Notes under the pieces: generated by a model
Seen by the model: the letters and a program-made list of their open reading frames with translations, nothing else
Databases searched by the model: none
Told to the model about the DNA's origin: nothing
Program-made: the position numbers and the translations under genes
Shown: positions 1 through 12,070 of the stretch, piece by piece
How positions within the stretch are numbered: the stretch's first letter is position 1
How the letters are laid out: every line of letters begins with the position of its first letter
DNA from: Dipteris shenzhenensis
Taxonomy: Eukaryota
Direction: 5' to 3' (one strand)
Length of the DNA stretch: 64,000 bases
Assembly: GCA_047967505.1 (NCBI GenBank)
Contig: CM106538.1

Positions 1-734
1 AATGGCCTTCGAAAGACACCGCAACAAAAAAAAATCTCTTCCCATAAATCTGGGAATATACCTTCCACCGGAGCACTCCACGCCTAATGTGGATGGACAC
101 ATCACAATCGTAAGCAAGAAAAACTTGAAATTCTCCCAAGGTTGAAACCCTCCTTGTAAAGAACAAGTAAACCCCCCCAGTGACCAACTTCTCAATCGCC
201 GACTCACATCGAACTGCAGCCTACACAAAAACTTATGTTTAGTACCATTTTTCCTCGAGCCTTTCCTTGTTTTCCCTTCTATGTCCGCATAGACAATTTG
301 CCCTGCCGCCTCCTCTAAAAGAGCATAAGATCCTCCCAACAACTTCCAGGTGACTCTCTTAGCATTCGATCTTTGATCCTCCATTGTTGACTTCTCCCCT
401 TTGACCCCTAGATCCTTCCCAATTTCACCCCTGGAATCCTTCACCCGAAGGTCAACATGCACAACTCGATCGTCAAAAATCATCTCACACACCACCCCAC
501 CAACCTAAACAAGCCCATTGCTCATCCAAAACACATACAAAAGTTAACGTTGCACTACCTCTACTTGACACCTACATTGACACTACTCTTACCCAAGTCC
601 TTACATATGCAACTTGTCAATTACCGAAAAACCCTAAAACACACTGAACGAACACGAACCAATTGCTCGCTTCACTCTTGCTTGCTCAACTCTTGTCAAT
701 CTTGAGTGTAGTGTGCTTTATGATTTATGTATGT

Positions 735-1443
735 GGTAATTACGACCATCTTCATTTGGTGGTGGCCATCTTCATTTGGTGGTGGCCACCAATGGTGGCG
801 TCTAAGATTACCAACCACGCATGTGGTGGCAGTTAATATTCCAACGGGTTGGTAGTTAGTTACCAACCAAAGAAGTGGCCCACAATCACTAGCCTACTAT
901 AGTTAGCACTACCAAGTTATGCATGCATGATTACTACGAGTGCAGTAAACTACCAGTCTCATCAAGATCGCATGCCTAGTTACAATGCATGGTAATGAGT
1001 GATTAGAGATGATCAGGCTTCATGATTTACTTTTGTTGTAATTACTGCCCAGTGGTGGTGGCTCTCATGAGCCCCATCTATGGAGGCTAAGATTCCACCG
1101 AGCTGGTAGTTAATTACCAGCCACCGCATTGGCCCGCAATTACTCACCTACTAGTTACCAACATCGGGCTTGCATGATCATTAGAGGGCAATTAATTACC
1201 AGTCACGAGCTTGCATGCGGATAAAAACAAGCGAGTACAAGTACTCGTGTGCACTGACCTTAGAGGGACGAGTTGATTTGGGGGGGGGAGAGAGAGAGAG
1301 AGAGCTCACGAGAATAGAAAGTGGCCAAACATGGCCTAAAAACAAGGAGGGACACTTTTTAAAAAAAGTGTTAGGAGAGCACTGCCTATTTTTAAGTGTT
1401 AGGAGAGCACTCCATACAGGAGGGCAAATCGTGTTTTTCCCCT
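735..1443. repeat. Degenerate repeat region, possibly the end of a DNA transposon (Mutator-like)
   Basis: 20-bp tandem CCATCTTCATTTGGTGGTGG x2 (~746-785). Two related blocks (~835-930, ~1090-1175) carry the quasi-palindrome TGGTAGTTA(G/A)TTACCA. AAGTGTTAGGAGAGCACT occurs twice and the region ends GTGTTTTTCCCC (~1443). Confidence 0.3.
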
Positions 1444-1747
1444 TTGAAATTGTCAACATCCAAGGATGGGAAAAGGGCCGTGAGCATATTTTTAACCTCG
1501 AAATCTTGGAACACCCCGACATCATACTTTCACAAAGAAGAAAGCCTCTTCATTCAACACATTCTTTAGACCAGTTTTTGCTGCCATACGTGTAGATTAA
1601 TCCTGAGAATTTGATACCATGTGATGGTTGCCTCAATCCTGTTGGAACACATGATCAGACGCCCCTAATTAAAAGAACATTCTCAAAAGATGAAGAAACA
1701 CTCTGCTAAGGGATGATAACTCAGATGTTCAAAGAGGGATTACTCGT

Positions 1748-2386
1748 CTATGAAATCTCCACATTCATGGTGGCAGGTATGTTTGGATTCGAAAATAGCA
1801 GCTCCTTGTATTCCATGAGTTTTGATGCCAGCTGAACCTTGCTGTCTGATCCACTGTATCCAATGCCTCTGAGAAGGCACTCCAACTGCAAATCACTTTT
1901 CAACAGCCCAAGCTGCAAAAAGTTCTTGGTCACCTCATTCAAGTAGACAGGCAGGAAATCAGGCTCCTCCATATCCTCATCCTCGCCTTCATCAATCTGG
2001 TCGAAGTCTCCCCTTTCCATCCTCCATGACATTACCTGCTCCAGCAGAACATCGTTGGGTCGTGCAGGCCACTTCTCGAGCCCACAGTTTTCCCAAATCA
2101 TTGCTAGTTGTGAACGTGTGAGTTGCTGCATCCGATAGAGTGCACGAGCAACGACATCCCCAATCATCTTCTCCCTTGAGGCAAACTTAGCTCCAGCTTC
2201 TTCTGCATAACATGAAAACTTTTCAATTGCGAAATCGGGTGGAGTTTTTTTTCCACAGGTTGGATAGCTTTCATCCACAAACATTAAGCTATCCTTACGG
2301 ATTGCCAAACTTACATATACGAACAGATTCTCCTTAGACGTTCCAAGCTCCCTTGCAGAATATAAGGAACTTTTATCGGCAATCAA
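1748..2386 (-). CDS. Open 212-aa ORF with a C-terminal SAP-like helix-extension-helix motif; may be joined to ORF 2449-2745
   Basis: LLKSDLQLECLLRGIGYSGSDSKVQLASKLMEY resembles the SAP pattern. An acidic linker (DEGEDEDMEE) and a weaker SAP-like segment (LTRSQLAMIWENCGL) precede it. No internal stops. Confidence 0.45.
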   Translation of the reverse strand: MIADKSSLYSARELGTSKENLFVYVSLAIRKDSLMFVDESYPTCGKKTPPDFAIEKFSCYAEEAGAKFASREKMIGDVVARALYRMQQLTRSQLAMIWENCGLEKWPARPNDVLLEQVMSWRMERGDFDQIDEGEDEDMEEPDFLPVYLNEVTKNFLQLGLLKSDLQLECLLRGIGYSGSDSKVQLASKLMEYKELLFSNPNIPATMNVEIS

Positions 2387-2448
2387 GCTTCCCCAGATCT
2401 TGTAGCATCCGCAAACGAGGTCTCCTTATGTTTAGTTTTATCCGTGCA

Positions 2449-2745
2449 CTAAAGAGCTTCATTTACACAACACTTAAAATATTGTTTTAATGACGGGATA
2501 CTAGTACTCTTGTTTTTACCTCTAAGTCTGAAAAATCGTCTGAGTATATGTCTAAATGATGACCACTTTCTCAGCTCTGCAGCTCTCACAGTCGACTTGA
2601 GATTCTCTTCGGCATTGAAGGCCGCCTCGCCCTTCTTCCTTTTATTTCTCAATTTCAAGGCGTCAGATACGATTTGCCGTAGTTTTCGCCATCCGCGAAG
2701 ATGAACATGGCTACCTTGTGTGGCCTTTTTCTTTGCACTAGCCAT
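2449..2745 (-). CDS. Basic 98-aa ORF, probable N-terminal part of the SAP-like gene
   Basis: ATG start, K/R-rich, same strand, ends 62 bp before the 212-aa ORF. A 68-nt GT..AG intron (2466-2399) or a stop plus frameshift would join them in frame. Confidence 0.3.
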   Translation of the reverse strand: MASAKKKATQGSHVHLRGWRKLRQIVSDALKLRNKRKKGEAAFNAEENLKSTVRAAELRKWSSFRHILRRFFRLRGKNKSTSIPSLKQYFKCCVNEAL

Positions 2746-3959
2746 TCAGAACGATGAAATGCAGAAGTGTTAAGGGATCAGAGGGCATGCTTTCTAGCTG
2801 ACTCGGAATAAGATAAGTCAAGACACGCAATAAGACCGGAAGAAAAGGTGATGTGTATCTTTTTACCCAAAAAAAAAGAAAGAAGAGTATGAAGACGGAA
2901 ATAAGAAAGAAAGAAAAGGTGATAACTAAAGTCGCGGAAAGAAAAGGTGATGAGAGTATCTTTTTATTTTACAACCTACTTTATATGAAATAATGAAATT
3001 TTGTCTTTTCAATTGACATCTAGAATTTCCAACCATTGGTGAAACACTCCAATGACAATGACATCGATGACAAATTTAGGCACCCACCGAACAACAAGCG
3101 CGTAGATGGGCACATAAAGTTAACGGATCATACTTAATTTAGAATACAATGACATTTTGGTTTTTAGTCAATAAACAATGCAAAGCAAGAAAAGATAATG
3201 GAGTGTAACACAATTATAAGATACCATTTGCCAAAGAGACACGATTATAATATTGGGGTTCCTAGTAGCAAGAGCTTAAGAATAGGATACAAAGGGTTAG
3301 TTTGTGGGAGGGGGAATACGATGCAAAGGATCATTAACAAGGAGCATAAGGTTGAACGATTCTTTGCTCATAAAGAATCATACTTCCAACACCGTATTCA
3401 GAACTTTTGGATTTTTTCTCTTAGTTTGGACTTGTCCCCCAAACTTGGATCACCTCCACATCATATCATGATGCGATAAAAAATACTAAGGACTTGACGA
3501 GATTGAGATTGACACCAAGAAAGAGAGCGAACAGACAAGAAAGAGCATGATGAGCCAACCTGAACAATCAACTTGTATTCTTCCCCTTAAGGGACAAAAC
3601 TTTATACAACAGAGGCCAATGGCTCAATCGGTCATTTGGAGAGCTTCAAGACAACAGAACTAATAAGCGCGGCCTAGATGGGGACTCTGATGTGGCATTG
3701 TCCAGTGTGGCATGCATGGGCACGTCGTCATGACTTTCCCTCTCTCTGGAAAAAGAAATTCACGTGGACAAAATGGCTTGATACAACAAATATCCACCGT
3801 CATCTTGGTCTATTTCTTATTTCTGGTCCATTGCATCATTTTAATGCATGGTTTTCTCCACAGGCTTCAATATTTTGTAAGGAACAACCTATTTAGCCAA
3901 AAAATATCGGCTAATCCTTTCTCCTTGATCAGTTACTGCAGCAGAACTAAATCCCCTAA

Positions 3960-5880
3960 GGACTAAGTGACTACCTTATGTTTTTTGTTATGAAGAAATG
4001 TTCGTTGACTCTACGCTTTCTTCAAATGGGCTACACCAAGGTTGCAACATTTTGCCTTATCAACAATAAGGCATCTTTGAGAAAGTTTGCCCACTGCTGG
4101 GCCTCCTTGTGCTTGATTTTGTCATGTTGAATCCTCCCAATTGCTTTGAAAGGACTCACTCTTGAGCCCATTGTAGTCAGGGTGGTGTGGGCTAGGGGGG
4201 GCACTACGTATAAACTTTATAAGTCACATGCGGAGCAGGTGTGTTCATGGCCTATTTGTAAAACACCTTTCTGTAAATTTATCATTAATAGAACACACCC
4301 TTTTTCTATTCACTCTATGTTATATGATACCCTTTTGTATGTGAAAAATGTGTAAAAGGGGGATTTAAAAAATTCTTTCTATTGAGCCCACGTGCTATGC
4401 TTACATATTTATGAGTGACCCCCCGAGGGTGCGGGCTAGCAAATTGTTGTTGGACATTGAATCTATCTGCCACAATTTGGATCACTTTTAATTTAAAGTT
4501 TGACACGTGATCAAAGAGCAGCTGCTCTGGACACCTATGAGGAAGAATGAGATTATGCAACAGAAAATACGCCATCATTGTCTTCAATGGCTAGGCAATG
4601 ATCCACTCATCAAAGGTTGTGTGAGTAGATATTGATTGCATATCTCTAGTAGGCTTGGTGGGCAAGTTCTTGAAAGCTTGGCAATTGTAAATAGAGATGG
4701 AGAGATTTTCTCATTTTTTGCCAAAAGAACCGTGATTGAAGCTTTGTGAGTACCTTAAGAAAACCTAGGTGTCCTCCAAAGATGCCATGATGGAATGCCC
4801 AAAAATCATGATGATGAAAATGGAGTGGAACATATCATCTAGGTTGAAAGGATGGCTTGTGATAAAACAATACTCCATCAATAATCCAAAAATGTAGAGG
4901 AGGCTTGGAAGATTGTAGTTGTTGAGAAATTTGGGATACTTAAGCGCTAATCTTTTGAGCATCTCGGATTTCTTCCAAAGTCGGCAATGACAGATCAGTC
5001 ATGGGGACAGGGAGAGGTGACTGTGTTGCAACAGGTGAAACATAAGAATGCTATAAGTAGAAATAGTGTGTGACCTGGATAAGGTGTTAGCAACTTCATT
5101 CAATTTTCGAGGATGGTAAGTAATTTTGAAAGTGTAGCTCTGTAACAACAAAAACCAACGTGCAAGTCGACCATGTAGTTGTTTCTTTTTCAACAGACTT
5201 GTTAAAGCATTGTGGTCGGTCTACACTTCAAAATTAGTGCCATGGATGTACGGGTGCAATTTAAAAATTGACTATACTACTGCTAATAATTCTAGCTCTG
5301 TTGCAACATAAAAGTTTTCTAAGGAGACAAAGATCTGCTCAAATAAACTATTGGGCGCAACTTACCATTGTCATCAGCTTGAACTCCCAAGCCATATTCT
5401 AATGCATTTATGCGGATGATGAATGGTTTAGTCACATGTGGATGGCAAAGTAGCGCATCGTCTTTTAGGATGCCCTTAATGTTGTCAAATGTTTTTTGAA
5501 TATTAGTTGACCAATGATATGGGACATTTTGAATAGAAGCTTTCACGTGGCGTTGAATGGGTTGACAACTTATGAATTTGAACTTGCTTGGCATTTTGAG
5601 GTTGTGAGAAATTTTGCATAGCCTTTACTTTAGGCGGACCTGGTCGGATGCCTTGACTAGAAAAAATGCGATATTTCAAATGTGTTTGTGCCCATTTATA
5701 TTTTTAGGGATTCAACTTGAGATTAAACTTTTGGAAAAAGCTTTAAAACTTGAGTTAGCACCTCTCTATGTTCCTCCCATGTAAACATATGAACCAAAAC
5801 ATCATCAAGATAAACTAAAACCTTTCCTTGGATGATTAGATCATCATCAGCGTATCATGGACGACACGTTTTCCCAGTTA
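3960..5880 (-). mobile_element. Ty3/Gypsy pol remnant (RT-RNase H-integrase), pseudogenised
   Basis: RNase H motifs LRPIVYLSRSL, ELELLAVV, TDHNAL and HGRLARWFLLLQSYTFKITYHP. Integrase segment PEQLLFDHVSNF...FASPHHP.YNGL. Domain order is RT-RH-INT; many stops. Confidence 0.85.
4196..4427. mobile_element. ~230-bp MITE-like insertion inside the Gypsy integrase
   Basis: Ends GGGGGGCACT... and ...AGTGACCCCCC form an imperfect TIR. It is flanked by an 11/12 direct repeat GGTG(T/C)GGGCTAG (4184-4195, 4428-4439) that duplicates integrase codons. Confidence 0.6.
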
Positions 5881-8071
5881 GAGGTTGCTATCTGTAACAC
5901 AACAAGCCATACACAAATGCTGGTGTGCTAGAAGCAACATCTGAAATAAGAAAAGGAAAAAGAAGCATGAAGAGCAGCAGTACATTGAATAGCTAGAGCT
6001 ACGAGCTCGCCTGTTACATTGTTAGGGTGTATTGCTACCATGGATGAGTGATCTCTGAATTTTGCTTCAGAGAGATTGTTGTATGAGGATCCCTTTCATT
6101 ATATGTTATGCACATTGCTCGTGTTATGCTCTTGCCTACTGCTTTCTCTGTTGTCTGTCATTAGCGTTATTCCTTCTTATCTCCTTTTCAAGTTTGTTCT
6201 TCCTATTCCGACTCCAACACTCAGCACTCCGTAGCACCTTCAACATAGTATTGTGTCATAGGTTCATGCATCACTCAATGTAGTGCTGTTTGTATTATGA
6301 GGTTGATAGCTAATGCAAAGACTTGATGCTTTGGCTCTTATCTTGTGTCTCCTCTATCTCTCTCCTTCCCACGTTGTGTGAGCTATCCTCTTCCACTTGA
6401 GCACTCCGTTGAGTCCTTCTGTGAGCTATCTTCTTCCGCGATACAGGTCAGGCCTATCTCCACTCTCCTCAGATGGGACTTCTAGAGGCAAGGCAACACC
6501 CTCAATATAGCCCATCAGATCTAGAGATTGAGATGACCACGTCCCCCACCACTTCACAAGACAGCTTGACAAACGTAAATCCAAGATATTCTCGCAACCC
6601 ACCAAAGAGCCACTATAGTGCGGGGTTTTGGTCTTTTAGTCTCTTCAGTTTGTGTTTTGAGTTTTTTTAAAGCTCTTTGAGCCTCTTTTCGGCATAGTTT
6701 AGTTCTCACCAAGGGCCCTAGCGTGCCCTTTGCTTCAGTCCTTCAACACTTTTATGAGGTATGAGGTACCTTTTGCTTGATATACTTTGTCCCATATGCC
6801 CACGAGGCCTCCCGAGGACATTAGTATCTCTCTCTCTCTCTTCCCCTCCCCCCAAATCATATAGTGCCCCCCCCATCATGAAATCTCTTCATGTTGATGC
6901 CTTTTTCCAGACAGTCAATTTCCTCCACAGAGTATAGGCCTTACCTTATGGGAGATTACAAGACTAGAACTAGAGTCATCTATACGATTAGCAAAGAGTG
7001 GGGCCAATGCAATATGGTATGCACGTGTATCCACTTGGTTTTCCAATTATGGTATCTCGATGGACCAGCTGCCCCCCTTCCAATACAACATGGATGCGTC
7101 ACCCAAGTCAATCCCCGAGATGAGATTAACCGTATCATATGTAGGACATATTATTTAGGGATTTTCCTGTATCAAGAGGTTAAATTCTATAAGAGAGTTC
7201 TAACTACCATGCAAGAGATGACACAAAAGGGTGGAAATCCCCTGAGGGAACTTGAAATCCCATGAGGGAACTTGAAGTCCCATATAGAAGCTAAAAATGC
7301 CTAAAGAAGGATATGGATAGGATATATTGTTTAATGATTTCTTTAAATTGGTCCAAGGCTTAATATATATATATATATATCCCCTTTAAAACTTTTTCCA
7401 TACTTGCAATATTCTAAAGAACATAAGTATACAAATTAATGTCACCAAGCTAAAGAACTAAAAAGTCTAAGTACTTAGTGAGGAGCTTGTTAATTGATTC
7501 AATATTTCAAATAAATCCTTCTATTTGGTTAGCCATAATAGTTGTATTTTTTATTAGTCAGTATATGAGGGATTGGTTCTTATAAAGAATCCCATCAACA
7601 ATCTCATGTATTAACATATAGCAAAAGCTTGGCTACTAGATACTTATATTCTCGTTATAGGATATCCAAGTGTTATGATATTTCCTATTATTTGATGTTC
7701 ATGAGAAAATGCATAATTTTTTACATAATCAGAATTGAGATAAAATGGGTAATAGAATGAAATAAGCTTGCAAGGAAAAGTTTGTAATAATGAAAATGGC
7801 AAATATTCGTTTTAGATATGGGATAGTTTTTTATTCAAAAAAAAGTTTAAATAGTATTTAATTTTGAAGTAATTCTTTAAATAATACTATTTAATTTGGA
7901 CTTAATTATTTAAAAATGTTATTTCTTATCAGGCCAAAGAAAAGTTTAAAACCTACTAACTTGCTTATGGGACTTTAGAGTGGTTGTAAGCTAAGGGTGT
8001 CCAGCTTTCTGCCAATCTGGGTAAAGTGGGACACCAAAATACAAGGTAATTGAGGGGACGGGCAATAGGAA

Positions 8072-8358
8072 GCAATACCTCGATCGAGGTATTGCCAATC
8101 AATAGCATGGTGACACATGGCAAGGTGCTTAGGCTCAGGTGTCCGAGGTGGCATCCCCAAAACCTTGATCGAGGTAATGACATGGCATTCTCGAGTGAGT
8201 TGGCACCTTAGGGAGGCTCATAAGGTAGGGAAAGCATGTGTTGAGGTGGCAAATACCTCGAATGAGGTATCTAGGTGGCACCCACTGGAGGTGTTGATGT
8301 GGCACATGAAATGCCTTGTTGGCATCCTAGTGGGCACAAATACCTCAATTGAGGTATT
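8072..8358. repeat. Array of four palindromes (AATACCTC-N4-GAGGTATT) at ~85-93 bp spacing
   Basis: Perfect 24-bp palindrome 8072-8095, perfect 20-bp palindrome 8339-8358, degenerate copies at ~8161-8177 and ~8252-8270. Confidence 0.7.
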
Positions 8359-8454
8359 TACATGACACAATGCTTAACCCCACACCCTTCACCTTCACCC
8401 TCCTTGTTTCCTCTTACCCCCACACCCTTCACCTCAATGCCAATTTCCTTGCTT

Positions 8455-8982
8455 CAACGAAAATGCAAAATGCAAAATGCAAAAATGGAGAAGCAAAAAT
8501 GCAGAAATGCAGAAGGCAAAATTCAAAACTGCAAAAATGCAGAAATGGAAATGCACAAATGCAGAAATGATTAAGCAAAAATGTGAAAATGGAGAAATGG
8601 AAATGGCAAAATGGAGATGTGGAAATGCGAGATGCAAAAATGCGGAAGTAAAAATGTGGAAATACAAAAATGGAGATGTAGAAATGCAGAAATGCAAAAA
8701 TACAAAAATGGAGATGCAAAAATGCGGAAATGGAGATGCGAAAATGCAAAAATGCAGAAATACGGAAACGGAAATCCGAAAATGGAAATGTGGAAGTGCA
8801 GAAATAGAAATGTGAAAATATGGAAACAAAAATGGAGATGCAGAAATGCGGAAATGCAAAAATGCTTAAGAGAAAATGTGAGCATAGAAATACAGAAATG
8901 CGGAAATCAAGATACAAAAATGCGAAAATGCAGAAATGCGAAAACAAAAATGCGGAAATGCGAAAACGGAAATGAAAAATGA
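8455..8982 (+). repeat. Degenerate AAATG(C/G) minisatellite
   Basis: Continuous variants of AAAATGC, AGAAATGC and GGAAATG; it produces the low-complexity ORFs in all frames. Confidence 0.9.
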
Positions 8983-8984
8983 GA

Positions 8985-9436
8985 CTCCTAACAACAAAAA
9001 TCATACATAATGATGGCTCTGCGAGTGTCTCCTAATAGTGCTAGCACTGGCCAACCAAAAGAGGTTGGCTATAATAAACATTTGCATATCGAACAAAGAC
9101 AGAAAAACTCATCGAGACTCTGGAAAGCATATACAACGAACTACCACATGACATTGACAAATACACAATAGGGGACTTCAATATTAACTACAAATCAGAA
9201 GTAAAAATAAAAAAAGACCTTCTTAGGTACATGCAAACAAAAGGAATGAAGTAACTAATCACAACACCAACAACAATTCACGGCTCCACAATTGACCACA
9301 TATGGGCCTCACAAAACAAAACAAAAACCATACACGAGACAAAATATATTTATTGGTCTGACCACTCACTCTTGTATACAACTATAACATAGCTAAAAGA
9401 ACAGGCAGGCCTACTGAACACAGTTCAGCCTTGTTT
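8985..9436 (+). mobile_element. 3' end of a Helentron/HLE2: C-terminal APE-type endonuclease fragment plus terminal hairpin
   Basis: Manual translation LIETLESIYNELPHDIDKYTIGDFNINY...MK*LITTPTTIHGSTIDHIW...YIYWSDHSLLYTTIT* (GDFN at 9171, stop 9390-9392, no RT follows). Then hairpin CTGAAC-ACA-GTTCAG (9414-9428) and CCTTGTTT. Confidence 0.75.
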
Positions 9437-10936
9437 AATTCAAAAAAATCAAATTTTGTGATTGGTTGATCTCCACTTTTTTCTCCCTATTTTTCTCTTC
9501 TTTCTATTAGGGGTATGTGATCTCCACCATTTCCTCCCTCGTTTTCTCTTCTTTCTATTTTGGACTTGGGCAGGCCTCATGAATGATTTTGATCATTCAC
9601 CTTGTTAACATAGGAAATCACTAGATTGAGTTGAGGTGATTTTTTTGATGACTAGCTCAGGTCTTTGGCTGATAGGGGTAAATTCAAAGAAGTGACTTAT
9701 CATAGTTTGGGTCAAGATGTGGAGGCTTTGGAGGAATTTTGGGTATTCGGTTTGAAAGCACTATAAAACTCTTTTTTGGCTTGCCGCCGTAGGTGTAGGC
9801 CTTAGTTGAGGGTTTGCGCCAAAATCAAAAACAATTTCTCTGAGATATTATGTGCCATGCATTAATTTTAAGCGAATGGGCTCACACCATGTCCACGAGC
9901 TGCTCGTGGAAAACAATTTATGGGAAATACATATGCCTCGCATTAATTTTGAGCCATTGGGCTCACGCCGAGTGCAGGAGCGGTCCATTGCTTTCGCTTG
10001 TTTGGCTAGGTTTCATGCCGCACCACGTGGCAGAACTTCACCACGCCTTCGATCGACCACATGCAGTTGCCACGTGTTTCCCTCTTTGCCCGTCGCCATG
10101 CGATAAGTTCTTTTTTGATCGCCATGTATAGTGATGGGAGCGTTGCCAGCTTTGGTGATGGCATGGAGCGCTTGCACCAACTTGCCCATACCTCTCATCA
10201 CATTCTACTTCCATATTTGCCTACAAAAGACCGTCCAACATCAATGGTGGAGCATATATGCTGTGTATGTCCAGCACTGTGGTGGACACTCTGTGTAGAA
10301 ATGGCTCGTGAAGAGGAGGAGTAGCTCTCTGGAGACTCTATTGACACCAGCAGTAGCAAACAATTCAAAAAAGGTTTTTGGCTTGAGTGTTGTTCATTTT
10401 GATATTCGTAATTCAGTGTTTTTTATCCTCATTTCTTTATTTCGACTTTCTGCATATATGATGAGCATGGCAGAGCCAAAGCCTGGCTGTGTTGATGCAG
10501 CAATATCTCATCTCCAACGTACATTCTCCTATGGTTTTGCGTATGAGTAGTTATGACATAACCCGAGATAATCCTGCGGGTTTTGACGAGTTTCATACGT
10601 TATTTTTTAATGTGGGAACATGGAAGCCGTGGAAGAGTGCAACGCTGACAGTGCCAGTATTGGAGGCAAAGAAAAAAACGGTTGATTCTAGAAACGCAAG
10701 AGAGGAATCAACCAACGAAGGTACTTGTGTGTTTTATGATTTTGTTTCATGTTGTTTTGACTGGTTTCCCTCATGTATTCTTATATGAATGCTTTTGTTT
10801 GTGCTCGATGTTCAAAGTTCTCGACCGACTGTTTCACATCATTTGTGTGACAAATGCTTTGTTCATGCTGAACTATTGAAAGTTCTCGATTGTTTCCTTC
10901 AAAATTTCCATCATCACTGCGAGATTTCAATTTGTA

Positions 10937-10979
10937 GTGTGTGTGTGTGTGCGCATGTGCACGCACGTGCATGTGTGCA

Positions 10980-11022
<43 letters not shown>
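10937..11022 (+). repeat. Compound (TG)n/(GA)n microsatellite
   Basis: Directly visible. Confidence 0.95.
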
Positions 11023-11464
11023 GCTCATTCATTTCATAGAATTTTCATAATTCTCTGAGAGAGTTTTTGGATCTAAGCTATGTGAGAGAGAAAGAATACC
11101 ACTATGAGGAGGCACCTACATGCAATCTTGTAGACTTGACTAGTAGTCCTCATGATTTCATCAACCATCATCAAAAGCAAGCTTGTAGCCTTCTTATAGC
11201 CTAATCTTCTATAAGTGAGCTCCTACAACATCTCCTTTCACAAGAAGCTCCTACAATAGTGGCATTCATCAACTACTTCTACAAGCTTCGTAGGTTGATT
11301 AGGTTGGCTCTACTATAGGAGCTGCCTCTTGCATGTGGGTGTTGGCCAAAGCTCACTACGAGCATCAACTCACTAGCAAGATGAATGAAGCAGGCATGAC
11401 AGACATAGAACGTCTTAATCAACAAGCTTGCGAGGTCCAATAGCTCGCGCACTCACAAGTGAAT

Positions 11465-12070
11465 CCGAAAGCTTACAAAACCACATATGATCATCCACAA
11501 GAAATCTACGACTTACTACCCTCAGGGAAATGGCCAGGTAGAGAGTTCTAACAAGATTGTGAAGAAGATTTGTAGAAGAACCATTTCAGATAATCCAACC
11601 AACTGGGATCAAATGCTTGGCTCCGTATTATGGGCTTTCCAAACTGCATTCAAAGTAACCACTAGGATGACTCCATTCAAACTAGTCTATGGGACTAAAG
11701 CTATTGTTCCAATGGAATTCATTGTTGGAAGCCTCAGAATTGCTATTAAAAACAGATTATCCCTATAAGAATCACTACATTACAGAATTGAGCAATTGCT
11801 CAAGTTGGATGAAGATAGGATATAGAGCTCTGCTATTTCCGAGGCCATTCAAAAAAGAACCGGAATATTAAGTTTAAAATATTCCAAAAGGATGACTTGG
11901 TACTGATGTACAACTCTAAGCTGGGACTATGGCTAGGAAAATTCAAACTAAGTTATGATAGTCCTTTTTGAATCATTGAAGTGATGCCTCAAGGTTCATT
12001 TCTTTTATTCGACCTACACAACAACCTTCTGGGCTATTCAGTAAATGGTTTCTGATTGAAACCATACGCT
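11465..12070 (+). mobile_element. Gypsy integrase C-terminal remnant
   Basis: HKKSTTYYPQGNGQVESSNK...WDQMLGSVLWAFQTAFKVTTRMTPFKLVYG, ending VNGF*LKPY. Confidence 0.9.

Noticed and set aside
1215-1595. 126-aa ORF
   Set aside because: Crosses a G/GA run and repeat motifs; no protein features.
5893-6018. TGTAAC...GTTACA possible solo LTR
   Set aside because: Very short, no TSD and no second copy.
8072-8358. CRISPR-like repeat/spacer appearance
   Set aside because: Eukaryotic context, no cas genes, degenerate repeats, and spacers of over 60 bp that share motifs.
8349-9004. Overlapping ORFs rich in K/M/C or F/H/I
   Set aside because: Translation artefacts of the AAATGC satellite.
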